A DNA stretch of 64,000 nucleotides, taken from positions 66,539 to 130,538 of the forward strand of contig JASDSY010000032.1 in the NCBI GenBank assembly GCA_041441465.1, written 5' to 3'. Each line of letters starts with the position of its first letter. Position 1 is the first letter of the stretch. Source of the stretch: Candidatus Wallbacteria bacterium. GTDB taxonomy: Bacteria > Muiribacteriota > UBA9980. Position numbers and translations under genes: made by a program. The notes under the pieces were generated by a model that saw only the letters and a program-made list of their open reading frames with translations, was not told the DNA's origin and did no database searches. Positions 28,346 to 38,231 of the stretch are shown here, piece after piece.

Positions 28346-29627
28346 TTTTCTGCCTGAGAATGACAGATTGGAATCAGGCTTATCAATATATAAGGCAGCC
28401 CAAAACTCGGTGTTTTACCAAAAAAAATACAGCGGAATCAGCGAGCCAAAGGATTATGATTCCTGGCGCAAGCTTCCGCTTCTAACGCGTGATGAAATAT
28501 ACCAGAACACTTTTCCGCGCACACGCGATATGCTTACAATGCCTCTTGAAAATATGATAGTCATCTCAACCGGCGGATCTTCAGGAACCGCGCGCTATAC
28601 CGTTTACACGCACGAAGAGTGGGACCTTTTTTGCGACACACAGGCGAAGGTATTAAAAATTTTCGGAATCAAACCAGACGACAGGGTCGCCAACCTTTTT
28701 ATCGCGGGACATATGTGGCCGTCATTTCTGGGGCTTCATGAAACGATAAAAAGGGTCCATGCCGTTCATCTTCCGATATCATCAAATATACCGCCTGACG
28801 AAATATTTGATTTATGCGTGGAATTTGATGCCAGCGTCATTATTTCACTGCCGACGCTCTTTATTTTCATGGCCGACCTCGCGCAGAAAACCGGTAAAAA
28901 ACTACCTTCCTTAAGACTGTTGTGCTATGCAGGAGAACAGTTAAGCCCTGAAGGCGAAAAGCATGTAAGGCAGTCGCTTGGAGTATCCGAAATCAGGCCG
29001 GCCGCATACACAAGTTCTGACGCAGGATTAATGGGCTATCCGTGCAAACATTGTGAAAATGGAATATACCATATTCCGACTGATTTTCAATTCATCGAAA
29101 TTTTGAATCCCGACACGCTCGAACCGGTAAATAACGGGGAAAAAGGCGTTATTGTCGTAACCAACCTCGGGCGCAAATCATTTCCGATAATTCGTTATAT
29201 GATAGGCGACGACGGCATAATTTTAAACGAACCATGCGCCTGCGGCGATCCGAATCCGCGATTTAAGCTCATGGGCCGGTCCGGGGATGATTTTAAACTC
29301 GGCGGCGGCTTCATTTCAATGGCCGAGTTTGAGAAAGCGCTTTCTGAAACTGAATCGTTATTCAGCCTGAATTACAATATCGAAATTACCGACATTAAGA
29401 ACCAGGTTGAAATAGTTTTCAGTGTAGAAGCGGCTGATACCCAAAAAGCTGAAAAAGGTAAGGAAAAGCTTTATGAAGCGATCCTTGAACGTGTAAAGGA
29501 ATTCAAAGTCGGCCTTAATTTGGGGTACATAAAAAATTTCGAAATAAAGGTTTTGGAACTTGGGAAGCTGCCGCGCAATCCGCGCACCGGCAAAATAAAA
29601 AGATTATTTGACAGGCGGATTGGTTAA
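28338..29627 (+). CDS. PaaK/F390-synthetase-like adenylate-forming enzyme
   Basis: 429 aa with 'LPLLTRDEIYQN', 'ISTGGSSGTARY' and C-terminal 'GKLPRNPRTGKIKRL'. Start overlaps the upstream gene by 8 bp. Confidence 0.55.
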   Translation: MFNFLPENDRLESGLSIYKAAQNSVFYQKKYSGISEPKDYDSWRKLPLLTRDEIYQNTFPRTRDMLTMPLENMIVISTGGSSGTARYTVYTHEEWDLFCDTQAKVLKIFGIKPDDRVANLFIAGHMWPSFLGLHETIKRVHAVHLPISSNIPPDEIFDLCVEFDASVIISLPTLFIFMADLAQKTGKKLPSLRLLCYAGEQLSPEGEKHVRQSLGVSEIRPAAYTSSDAGLMGYPCKHCENGIYHIPTDFQFIEILNPDTLEPVNNGEKGVIVVTNLGRKSFPIIRYMIGDDGIILNEPCACGDPNPRFKLMGRSGDDFKLGGGFISMAEFEKALSETESLFSLNYNIEITDIKNQVEIVFSVEAADTQKAEKGKEKLYEAILERVKEFKVGLNLGYIKNFEIKVLELGKLPRNPRTGKIKRLFDRRIG

Positions 29628-30988
29628 TGGAAAACCAGAAAAATTCAGCTGCGGCGCTTGAACTTAAGACTCAAAGCGTTGGCAAGCTTCTTCTAAAATA
29701 TTCAATTCCGACCATTGTTGGAATGATGGTATTCGCGTTTTATAATATCATAGACCGTATTTTTATAGGGCGCGCCGTTGGCAGTATGGGAATTGCAGCT
29801 GTTGGCATTACTTATCCTATATTTATGATATTGATAGCGTTTGGAATGCTTGTCGGTATAGGAGCCGGTACTCTTGTTTCAATAAAGCTCGGCGCCGGAC
29901 ACCGTGACGAAGCGGAAAAAATTCTTGGCAATGCCCTGACCGTACTGATTATACTTAGCGTTATTTCAACAATCGCAGGGCTTTTTTATCTTGAAAATAT
30001 TTTATTGGCATTTGGCGCGAGTCAAAACACGCTGGGGTACGCATGCGATTTCATGCGCATAATTTTTTTAGGGATAATATTTTCATTTGTGGCTATGGGG
30101 CTCAATAATGTTATACGCGCCGAAGGAAATCCTGGATTGGCCATGGGAACGATGCTGATTGGCTCTATTATAAATATTTTATTGAATCCGCTGTTTATAT
30201 TTGTATTCAAATTAGGAGTTGCCGGTTCTGCGCTTGCGACGCTTGTTTCTAATTTAGTATCAAGCGCGTGGGTCATCTGGCACTTTACCCGCGGAAAAAG
30301 TAACATAAAATTGCGTGCGCGTAACATGGTTATTGAGTTTTCCATAATAAAACAGATATTTTTCATAGGGCTTTCGCCGTTTATAACACAGCTTGCAGGA
30401 AGCGTTGTCGGTATCGCCATGAATAAAAATATGCTGCTTTATGGCGGCGATATTGGCGTGTCGGCACTTGGAATAATTTCCGGGCTTACTATGTCGCTGA
30501 TGATGCCAATAATTGGGATCAGCCAGGGCGCCCAGCCGATAATCGGATTTAATTATGGCGCCGGTGAGTACGCGAGAGTGAAAAAAGCAATTAATCTTTC
30601 TTGTATATGGGCTACCGCGATTTCTGCGTTGGTTTTTACCGCCGCGTATGCCGCTCCTGAATTCATAATTAAAATTTTTGATTCGCGTACGCCTGAACTT
30701 ATAACAGTAGGTACGCACGGAATGAAAATTTTTATGATAGGCGTTATTTTTCTGGGATTTCAAATTGTAGGCACCAATTATTTTCAAGCTGTGGGAAAGC
30801 CCAAAACTTCGATATTTTTAACGATGCTTCGGCAGATTATTCTTCTGGTGCCTTTTGTTTATATTTTCCCGTATTTTTGGAAACTCGACGGTTTGTGGCT
30901 GGCTATGCCTGCCGCTGATATTATAACGTCGGCAGTTGTTTTTTTTGTTCTTTCGTCTGAAATGAAGCGCTTGCGTAAAGAAATTTAA
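29627..30988 (+). CDS. MATE family efflux transporter
   Basis: 453 aa, 12 TM helices. N-terminal 'LLKYSIPTIVGMMVFAFYNIIDRIFIG' is typical of MATE/NorM. Start overlaps the upstream stop (TAATG). Confidence 0.75.
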   Translation: MENQKNSAAALELKTQSVGKLLLKYSIPTIVGMMVFAFYNIIDRIFIGRAVGSMGIAAVGITYPIFMILIAFGMLVGIGAGTLVSIKLGAGHRDEAEKILGNALTVLIILSVISTIAGLFYLENILLAFGASQNTLGYACDFMRIIFLGIIFSFVAMGLNNVIRAEGNPGLAMGTMLIGSIINILLNPLFIFVFKLGVAGSALATLVSNLVSSAWVIWHFTRGKSNIKLRARNMVIEFSIIKQIFFIGLSPFITQLAGSVVGIAMNKNMLLYGGDIGVSALGIISGLTMSLMMPIIGISQGAQPIIGFNYGAGEYARVKKAINLSCIWATAISALVFTAAYAAPEFIIKIFDSRTPELITVGTHGMKIFMIGVIFLGFQIVGTNYFQAVGKPKTSIFLTMLRQIILLVPFVYIFPYFWKLDGLWLAMPAADIITSAVVFFVLSSEMKRLRKEI

Positions 30989-31131
30989 GAAGCGGGTTTG
31001 GTTATAAATTTTTTGAGTGTTTTTATTATATGTAAAATAACACGCCGAATTTTTTTATATAAATTATCTGAGTTAAGTTATTAATTAAAGTTTTGGGCCG
31101 TATTAAAAACTCTTATTTAAGTTTATTTAAA

Positions 31132-31170
31132 TAAAAAATCAGAGGCAAGTGTATTTGCCTCTGATTTTTG
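31132..31170. terminator. Bidirectional rho-independent terminator
   Basis: aaaaaa-tcagaggcaa-gtgtat-ttgcctctga-ttttt. Lies between the convergent MATE (+) and SH3b-hydrolase (-) genes. Confidence 0.75.
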
Positions 31171-31238
31171 TAATTTTTATAGAGAATATTAGTATTTCTT
31201 ATTTTTCGGTATATTTGGTTTATAAAAGTTGTTTTTTA

Positions 31239-32570
31239 TTATCTTTCGCTGGCAAACGGATCGTAAACAGCAGTCACACGGCGGTTATAACCATATTTTG
31301 CGTCGCCGTATTTTTTTGCGGAGCCGCCGTTCATATAATTATATACTTGCTCGGCCGTCTGAAAATTGCTGGCTTTAAGATTGTCTGAAAATCTCGGTAC
31401 GCCCTGTGCGTCCTTGCCCATGTAAACGAACCAGTGGTGTGCGTCATTGGTTGGGTTGTATGCGGGATCATAGTCATAATGGACTTTTACGTGTATAAGC
31501 ATACCGGGAAGCAGTTTGCCTTCTTCAACAGCTTTTGGAAGCTGATTTATATAATATCCGCGAAGCGTTTTAATTGCCGGCCATGCAGCCTGCGGCTGAG
31601 TGTAAGTTACTTTGGTATTCGGCGCTCCGGCTTCGTGCGCTACGGTGCCGGCGAACTGGAGGCATTTATCAGGCGTTGTATACCATTGAGTGCGTTTTGC
31701 TGCTTCGACGCCCTGTTTTAATTCGGCGGGAATGTAAGGCCCGTTAATTCCGTTAATTGTTGTTGGTTCGGCTGCCGCGGTATCGGAGGGCGTTGATGGA
31801 TTTGTATTTGTATTGGCCGTGGTAGTGTTTACTGTAGTATTTGCGGTTTGGCCGGAAGCGGTCGTAGTATTTTCATCCTTCGCGCTCCTTCCGAAGCGTA
31901 TAAATTCGTTGTTGACATAAGCTTTGCCATCATTGCCATTGTAATTAATGATATACCATTCGCCGTCACAGCCGGTAACTTCTACCTGAGTCCCGTATGA
32001 GAACCCGTCTATAATTTCGCCCCATGGCGCGTTACGTACATTAAGCTTATATTTGGCTATAACCATTCCGGATGCCGGAAGTGAAAGCTGTTCGGTGATG
32101 GTTTTAGGAGTGCCGGTTTCAATTGATATGAGGGAAGTGTGGACATAAGCGAAACCGTTATTGCCATAACGGATTTTATAAAATTCACCTTCACGGCCAA
32201 GGATATCGACAAGTTTTCCAGGAAGGAACCCGTCTATAATTTCGCCCCATGGTGATTTACGTACATTAAGTTTATATTTAGCGGTTACTTTGCCGACAAC
32301 AAGTTCGTCAACGAGCTGGACCGACGATGAGCTGGAAACAACTTCCCTTGTGACGTTTTCAGAAGATTGTGTTATGTTTTCTTGAAGGTCCTGATTGATG
32401 GTCTGGAGGCCGGTAGCACCTGCAGGCGAGGCTATAAATGCCGATAGAAATAGCGCCGCCGCCAGAAATAAAAATTTAGAGCCGTTTTTATTTTTAGCTG
32501 ATACGGTAGTTCGTTCATTATTGTTATTTATAATGTCCTGATTTTTTTGTTTATGTTTAGTGAAATACAT
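31239..32570 (-). CDS. Secreted cell-wall hydrolase-like protein: two SH3b domains, T/N-rich linker, C-terminal Cys/His (CHAP/NlpC-P60-like) domain
   Basis: 443 aa. Duplicated ~75-aa SH3b-like modules (KYKLNVRKSPWGEIIDGF...). Linker TTTASGQTANTTVNTTTANTNTNPSTP. The C-terminal domain has a conserved Cys (CLQFAGTVAHEAG) and His (HHWFVYMG). Confidence 0.5.
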   Translation of the reverse strand: MYFTKHKQKNQDIINNNNERTTVSAKNKNGSKFLFLAAALFLSAFIASPAGATGLQTINQDLQENITQSSENVTREVVSSSSSVQLVDELVVGKVTAKYKLNVRKSPWGEIIDGFLPGKLVDILGREGEFYKIRYGNNGFAYVHTSLISIETGTPKTITEQLSLPASGMVIAKYKLNVRNAPWGEIIDGFSYGTQVEVTGCDGEWYIINYNGNDGKAYVNNEFIRFGRSAKDENTTTASGQTANTTVNTTTANTNTNPSTPSDTAAAEPTTINGINGPYIPAELKQGVEAAKRTQWYTTPDKCLQFAGTVAHEAGAPNTKVTYTQPQAAWPAIKTLRGYYINQLPKAVEEGKLLPGMLIHVKVHYDYDPAYNPTNDAHHWFVYMGKDAQGVPRFSDNLKASNFQTAEQVYNYMNGGSAKKYGDAKYGYNRRVTAVYDPFASER

Positions 32571-32839
32571 ACCATGGCCTCCTTAATAATTTTTTACAAA
32601 AATATTTATGTGTATTTAAGTGTAATGATAACATAATAACAGGTTATTTCAAACTAAAAACAGAAAATACGGATTATCTTTAAAATAAAAAACATAAGAT
32701 TTTGTTTTTATATTCAAATGCGGATTATTATTTGCCGCGAAATATTATGGCTGTAATAGATAATACTAAGTTAAGATATAAATTGTTTCAATAAAAATAA
32801 ATTTTATTAGTTTTTATTGAAATACTCCCGGCGGATAAA

Positions 32840-33700
32840 CTACGAGTTTAATTTTGTTGGATCAGCCGTAAAGGCGTCTATAAGTTTTCGTGAAAGACTT
32901 CCCGGGCGAGGAAGGTTTGGCATATTAGAAGAATCAAACCAATCCGCATGTATTATTTCCTCGCCGTCCGGTTTTATTTCTCCGTTTTTATACGACGCGG
33001 TAAATCCTATCATCATCGAGCTTGGAAACGGCCACGGCTGGCTCTGGAAATATTTCACGTTAAAAACTTCAATGCCAGTTTCTTCGCCTACTTCGCGTTT
33101 AACGCATTCTTCCAGACTTTCACCGGGTTCCACGAATCCGGCTATCAAGCTGTAAACGCCGTCGGCAAAATTTTTGTTATGCGCCAGCAGAATTTTATCG
33201 TCTTTCATAACCGCGACTATGATGGCCGGAGTTACGGCAGGATAATAATGTCGGCCGCATTCAGGGCATATTTTAGCCCTTTCAGATTCTGAATGTTTTG
33301 TTTTGCGTCCGCATTCGCCGCAGAATTTTGTCGTTTTGTCCCAGTATAAAACCTGCGCGGCTTTGCCTGCCATGGTAAACTGACTCTGGTCGAGAAGCGG
33401 CATCAGGCCCCTGAGATCATGAAATTCCAGTTCAACCGATTCAGTTTTAAACAAATTTTCGGCGCGGAAGCAATAGTGCGCGGTTTTATTATTTATTCCA
33501 ATGAAGTGTATGCCTGATATTTTTTTGATGTTTATACTGCCGGAAATATCAGAAAACTTGATAAATTCAAAACCGGTGCCGCATTTTTTGACGAGCAATT
33601 TTTCATCGGCGAATACCATAAATAAAGATGATTCTATAATTTCCCGGGGCAGGCGTTCTAAATATATTTTTTTTGTATTTTCCATTTTTTTCACGACCAT
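32840..33700 (-). CDS. nudC: NAD+ diphosphatase (NADH pyrophosphatase), Nudix family
   Basis: 286 aa. Zinc ribbon 'CGECGRKTKHSESERAKICPECG' followed by Nudix box 'GFVEPGESLEECVKREVGEETGI'. Architecture diagnostic of NudC. Confidence 0.8.
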   Translation of the reverse strand: MVVKKMENTKKIYLERLPREIIESSLFMVFADEKLLVKKCGTGFEFIKFSDISGSINIKKISGIHFIGINNKTAHYCFRAENLFKTESVELEFHDLRGLMPLLDQSQFTMAGKAAQVLYWDKTTKFCGECGRKTKHSESERAKICPECGRHYYPAVTPAIIVAVMKDDKILLAHNKNFADGVYSLIAGFVEPGESLEECVKREVGEETGIEVFNVKYFQSQPWPFPSSMMIGFTASYKNGEIKPDGEEIIHADWFDSSNMPNLPRPGSLSRKLIDAFTADPTKLNS

Positions 33701-34266
33701 AATTGAATATTAATTCATTATTTTATAATTATAAGCTTATATTCATAGTAATTTTTTGAGATTGATAAAAATTCAAGATCACATATTATAAATTAAAACA
33801 TGTTTTGTTAAATGCTATTGCAGGGTTTTTAGTGAAACTGGCATCATAAAAAATGTCAGTTTCGTTATTTTTAATGATAAAGCTTCAAAACCTATCATAA
33901 TTAAATGATAAGCCTGCATTCTATTATTTTGTAAAATAACTTGTTTTATAAATGTAAATGCGAAGTGATCATGCTGCGGCGGACTTAGAATTGAAACGAT
34001 ATTTGGCAGCGGTTAGCTAAAGTACAGCATAAAAAATATAATAAAAACCATTGCATGTTTAATATAACATAAATTTTGATTAAAATAAATAAAAAAATAA
34101 CGGTGCGGCCATAAAAATGAATGAATATTTGTGGGAAGTATTTTAAATTTAAAGCGGTCCTAATTATATGAATTTGAATGAAAAAAATTCAGGCGACAAA
34201 TAAAAGAATATATGATATAATTTATCATATATTCCTGCTTGGTATATTTTATCGGAGGTATTTACA

Positions 34267-35493
34267 ATGTTCTTTTTTAAACACTTACGAAGTATTTTCT
34301 TATTTCTCGTCTTATTCTTATTAGCGTCTTCGATCGCCGCGATTGCAGGCGATGCCGGAAATGAACTCCGGATCGGTTTCCTTTCGGAAAATAAACGCGT
34401 CATTCCCTTCATTTATCAGGAAGGCCGTTACCTTTTTACCAATGTGAAAATTCCAGAAATTACAATAACTAACGGATCATATGATACCGTCGAGATATTG
34501 AATGTCATTCTCGAAGGAAAGTATGCCGGTGATACTTTTGTTAAAAAACTATTTCAAGCCGGTGACGTAAAAAAACATATGATCGAATTGGGAGCCAGGA
34601 TAAACGGCCTGAAAAACGGCAAATATCCTATGAGCCTTAATATTTCATACGGAAAATTCATCGACCCGGGGAAAAATTTCGCGGAAACTAATATTTTAAG
34701 CCCTTCGGCCGTCGGCGTTCTTGCCTTGTGGGAATTGTCGTGGTTCGAGCATATCGGCCGCGAGGAAATTGATGAACTTGTGTTCAAAATTTTCTGCCGC
34801 CGCGGAAATAAACTTGAAATGCTGAAATTTCCAGTTAAACTTGAAAAATATAATCAGAAAAATAAATACAGCTTTCCGCTTAAGGGAAATATATTGATTG
34901 CTAATATGAGCGCTAATTATTGTCATCACCGTATTACTAATTCGCAGGAGTTCGGATTCGATGCAATATGCCTGGACGAAAAGCTTTCGATGAATAAAAA
35001 AGACCAGCCGGCGGTACTTAATGATTATTTTTCATACGGCCAGCCTATTTATGCGGCAGCTGACGGAGTAGTCGTAAAGATTGCGGATAAATTTCCTGAA
35101 TGCGCCTCGGAGCCTGCCGTCAGAAAGAAAAATCCGAATGCGATGTTCGGACTTATCACAAAAATCGGATTTGATAATACAGTCGGCGGCAATCACGTAA
35201 TAATCGATCACGGCAATGGTGAATTCGGCTTTTACGCCCACATGTGCGAAGGCACAATTAAAGTTTCGCCTGGTGAAAAGGTAAAAAAAGGCCAGGTTAT
35301 AGGAAAATTAGGCAGCACCGGCAATTCTGACGGGCCGCATCTGCATTTCCAGGTTTTTGATTCGCCGGAACTGACTACGGGTAACGGCCTGCCTGTTTAC
35401 TTTGAAAATATCCCGGCCGATGAGCTTGGTTCATACCGTAAGAATTATAATGCGCTAGGCGGCGTTGATAATTTAAGAATCAGGCTGGAATAA
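34267..35493 (+). CDS. M23 family metallopeptidase (LytM-like), secreted
   Basis: 408 aa with signal peptide. C-terminal 'GNHVIIDHGNGEFGFYAHM...GKLGSTGNSDGPHLHFQVF' contains the HxxxD / HxH zinc motifs of peptidase M23. Confidence 0.75.
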   Translation: MFFFKHLRSIFLFLVLFLLASSIAAIAGDAGNELRIGFLSENKRVIPFIYQEGRYLFTNVKIPEITITNGSYDTVEILNVILEGKYAGDTFVKKLFQAGDVKKHMIELGARINGLKNGKYPMSLNISYGKFIDPGKNFAETNILSPSAVGVLALWELSWFEHIGREEIDELVFKIFCRRGNKLEMLKFPVKLEKYNQKNKYSFPLKGNILIANMSANYCHHRITNSQEFGFDAICLDEKLSMNKKDQPAVLNDYFSYGQPIYAAADGVVVKIADKFPECASEPAVRKKNPNAMFGLITKIGFDNTVGGNHVIIDHGNGEFGFYAHMCEGTIKVSPGEKVKKGQVIGKLGSTGNSDGPHLHFQVFDSPELTTGNGLPVYFENIPADELGSYRKNYNALGGVDNLRIRLE

Positions 35494-35538
35494 TATTTTT
35501 TTGTTCTTTATATTTTTTATATGCTGTGGTGATTTATT

Positions 35539-38019
35539 GTGGAAGAAACTATTCAGGTTAAAATGTCTTATTTGAATACTTTACTGGAGCAGACCGGCGA
35601 GGTCATAATTACCGAAGCTCAGCATGCCTCGCTTGTTAAATCGCTGGAGTATAATTATATTAATCAGAAACCGCCTGACGAGAATATGCTGAATCTCGCA
35701 AAACAGATTTTGCTTTCATCGCGGCAGACGTCGGAACTTCTTCATAAAAACGTAATGGATATAAGGCGCGTTGAATTTAAGGAAACTATGACCACGATTC
35801 AGCGCCTTGTGCGCGACCTTGCGAAATCACAGGGAAAGCCTATTCGTTTTAAGGCATCGGGAAGCGAGACTTTTGTGGATAAAACGATAATCGAGGAATT
35901 TTCAGGCGCTTTGATACATATTATAAGAAATTCAGTGGATCACGGCATAGAACTGCCTGACGATAGAATTGCCAGAAATAAAAATCCGGAGGGAACCATA
36001 TCGATAGATATAAGCGAATCTGATGAATTTATATTCATTACCGTCGCTGATGACGGCGGCGGCATCGATCTCGAAAAAGTCTGCGAAAAAGCCATTGAAC
36101 GATCGCTTACTACGCCGGAAAAATTAAAAACTATGACCGACGAAGAAAAATACCAGTTCATATTTCTTCCGGGTTTTTCGACGAAAGAAAAAGTTTCGGA
36201 AGTTTCCGGGCGCGGGGTCGGTATGGATGTGGTAAAAAACAGTGTCGACAGGCTTAATGGAAGTATAATTATCAATTCGTCCCCCGGACAGTGGACGCGT
36301 TTTACTTTTAAAATTCCGGTTATTTCCGCCGTTAATATAATCGACGCGCTTATTGTCAGAAGCGCCGGCTCGATTTATGCCATGCCGGTATCGGCAGTGG
36401 TTTCGATTATAACCGTAACCGAAGAAGATATAACTCTGGCGATAGATAAATTTGCCGTCAAGTTCAGAGGGCAGACGCTTTTTATATATGACCTGAAAAA
36501 ACTATGGAATAAGGGCGCATCTGAAATGTCTCCGCGTGATATAAAAAATATAGTCGTAATTATTGACCGCGATGAAATGGTAGGAATTTGTGTTGATGAC
36601 TTTCTGCCGTCGCAAAAAGTTGTTGTTAAGAAACTGGATGATTATTTTAGCAAGGTAAGGGCTGTTGCGGGTACTACGCTTTTAGGCGGCAACGACATAG
36701 GGCTTATACTGGATGTGGCTGAAGTTATAAACATTGCGCTGGGGCGCGAGCCGTCCGTTAAAAAATATTGTGAAAAGGCCGGAATATTAGCTGAGGCCGA
36801 GGAAACCGCGGCGGCCGCTAAGCTGAAATCGGCGCATAAAAAGAAAACCGGCGAGGCTGCGAAGAAATATAAAGTTGAAATTGACTCGGAAATATCTCAG
36901 GCAGCCAAGGTTGAAATAGCGCTTAATTATCAGGGCAAGCTTCTTGACGCTTATACCGCGGGCAAACCGGTTTACGAAATCGATTTAATGCTCGAAACCG
37001 ATATAATTAAAGCGCAAAAAACAAAATTTGATATTTATAAAATTGCCAAATCAACAGGCGAACTTTTGTGTGTAATTCCGATGACGTCGCAGCTGCCGGA
37101 AAATTTCAAGGACTTTTCGCCGGAAAATTTCGATATGAGCATAAAATTTTTCATATTGTCGCGCATGTCTATTGATGAAATAGCTTCGAAAATGAATATC
37201 GAAAAACGGCAGATAAGAAATGTCGGCATTACTGTTAAAGAAGAAGCCAGACAATCCGAAGAAAAAGTCTTTAACGAAATAGAGCTGCTTGAAGATTATG
37301 AGGCATTTGCGATCGATACGCAAAAAAACCTTTCCGCTATGTCACAGAATATACTCGCGCTTGAAGATAATATGTCCGATGCCGAAGCTGTTAAGGAAAT
37401 ATTCAGGGCTGTCCATACGTTAAAAAGCGCCACCGCGATGCTTGGAATAAAAAATATGTCTGATATCGCGCATATCCTCGAATCAATGCTCGATAAAATA
37501 AGAAGCGGCCTTGAGCCGATGACTGAAGAAAAAATAGAGCTTCTGTTTGATGTTCTGAAATTTTTTGAGGAATGTATGGAGTCCATAAAAAATGGCGTCA
37601 AGCCGGTAGTATCGAATGCCGCTGTAAAGGAAAAAATAGTGAAGTTTACAGTTGAGTCCCCTGAAAAGAAGCTTATAAGAGTAATCGATGTCAAGACGGA
37701 AAAATTTCAAATATCCGCTTTCGAAGACCTTGTGATACAAGAAAAAGTCGCGGGCGGTATGGCGCTTTATTCGATTCTGGTCGAATTTATCCCGGACCTG
37801 CCGATGAAAATGGTCAACGCATTTATGCTTTTCAGAAGCCTCAAGGAATACGGCGAATTAGTAAAAACCATACCGACAATGGAGGAAATCGATAAAGGCA
37901 ACTTCGAAATGCATTTTAAAATATTATTTCTGGCGTCATGTCCGAGCGATAAATTTAAATCAGTGTTAATGGAGGAAGAAATTAAAACGTTTGAAATTTC
38001 AAATTATGTCGAGAATTAA
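35539..38019 (+). CDS. CheA-like histidine kinase with permuted domain order (P3-P4-CheW-...-HPt)
   Basis: 826 aa, GTG start. The N-terminal 'IQRLVRDLAKSQGKPIRFKASGSETFVDKTIIEEF...HIIRNSVDHGIE' matches the CheA P3/P4 junction. HATPase motifs 'DDGGGID' and 'GRGVGMDVV'. CheW-like domain around aa 260-400. An HPt-like segment 'FRAVHTLKSATAMLG' lies at aa ~600, not at the N-terminus. Confidence 0.6.
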   Translation: MEETIQVKMSYLNTLLEQTGEVIITEAQHASLVKSLEYNYINQKPPDENMLNLAKQILLSSRQTSELLHKNVMDIRRVEFKETMTTIQRLVRDLAKSQGKPIRFKASGSETFVDKTIIEEFSGALIHIIRNSVDHGIELPDDRIARNKNPEGTISIDISESDEFIFITVADDGGGIDLEKVCEKAIERSLTTPEKLKTMTDEEKYQFIFLPGFSTKEKVSEVSGRGVGMDVVKNSVDRLNGSIIINSSPGQWTRFTFKIPVISAVNIIDALIVRSAGSIYAMPVSAVVSIITVTEEDITLAIDKFAVKFRGQTLFIYDLKKLWNKGASEMSPRDIKNIVVIIDRDEMVGICVDDFLPSQKVVVKKLDDYFSKVRAVAGTTLLGGNDIGLILDVAEVINIALGREPSVKKYCEKAGILAEAEETAAAAKLKSAHKKKTGEAAKKYKVEIDSEISQAAKVEIALNYQGKLLDAYTAGKPVYEIDLMLETDIIKAQKTKFDIYKIAKSTGELLCVIPMTSQLPENFKDFSPENFDMSIKFFILSRMSIDEIASKMNIEKRQIRNVGITVKEEARQSEEKVFNEIELLEDYEAFAIDTQKNLSAMSQNILALEDNMSDAEAVKEIFRAVHTLKSATAMLGIKNMSDIAHILESMLDKIRSGLEPMTEEKIELLFDVLKFFEECMESIKNGVKPVVSNAAVKEKIVKFTVESPEKKLIRVIDVKTEKFQISAFEDLVIQEKVAGGMALYSILVEFIPDLPMKMVNAFMLFRSLKEYGELVKTIPTMEEIDKGNFEMHFKILFLASCPSDKFKSVLMEEEIKTFEISNYVEN

Positions 38020-38231
38020 TTTAAATTATAATTTACCGGTCCGGGCGATAATTGATTTTTTCTCCTTGTTCTGCTATTAAGAGTCTTTAAAGTTAGGCAA
38101 TGGTATTTTAATAATTCTATTTATTTAAGTTACTATAGTTTGAGTCTAATTTTTATTGTGCGGTTTTTAACATATTTTATAATAAAAAAAGTTATTTAAT
38201 ATGATTTTAATTTTATAAAAAATGTTAATGC

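Noticed and set aside
33701-34266. Another 560-bp ORF-free AT-rich region between nudC and the M23 peptidase, considered as a possible ncRNA or riboswitch
   Set aside because: I could find no conserved secondary-structure motif or repeat structure by eye. Small-RNA prediction would be needed, so it is not reported as a feature.
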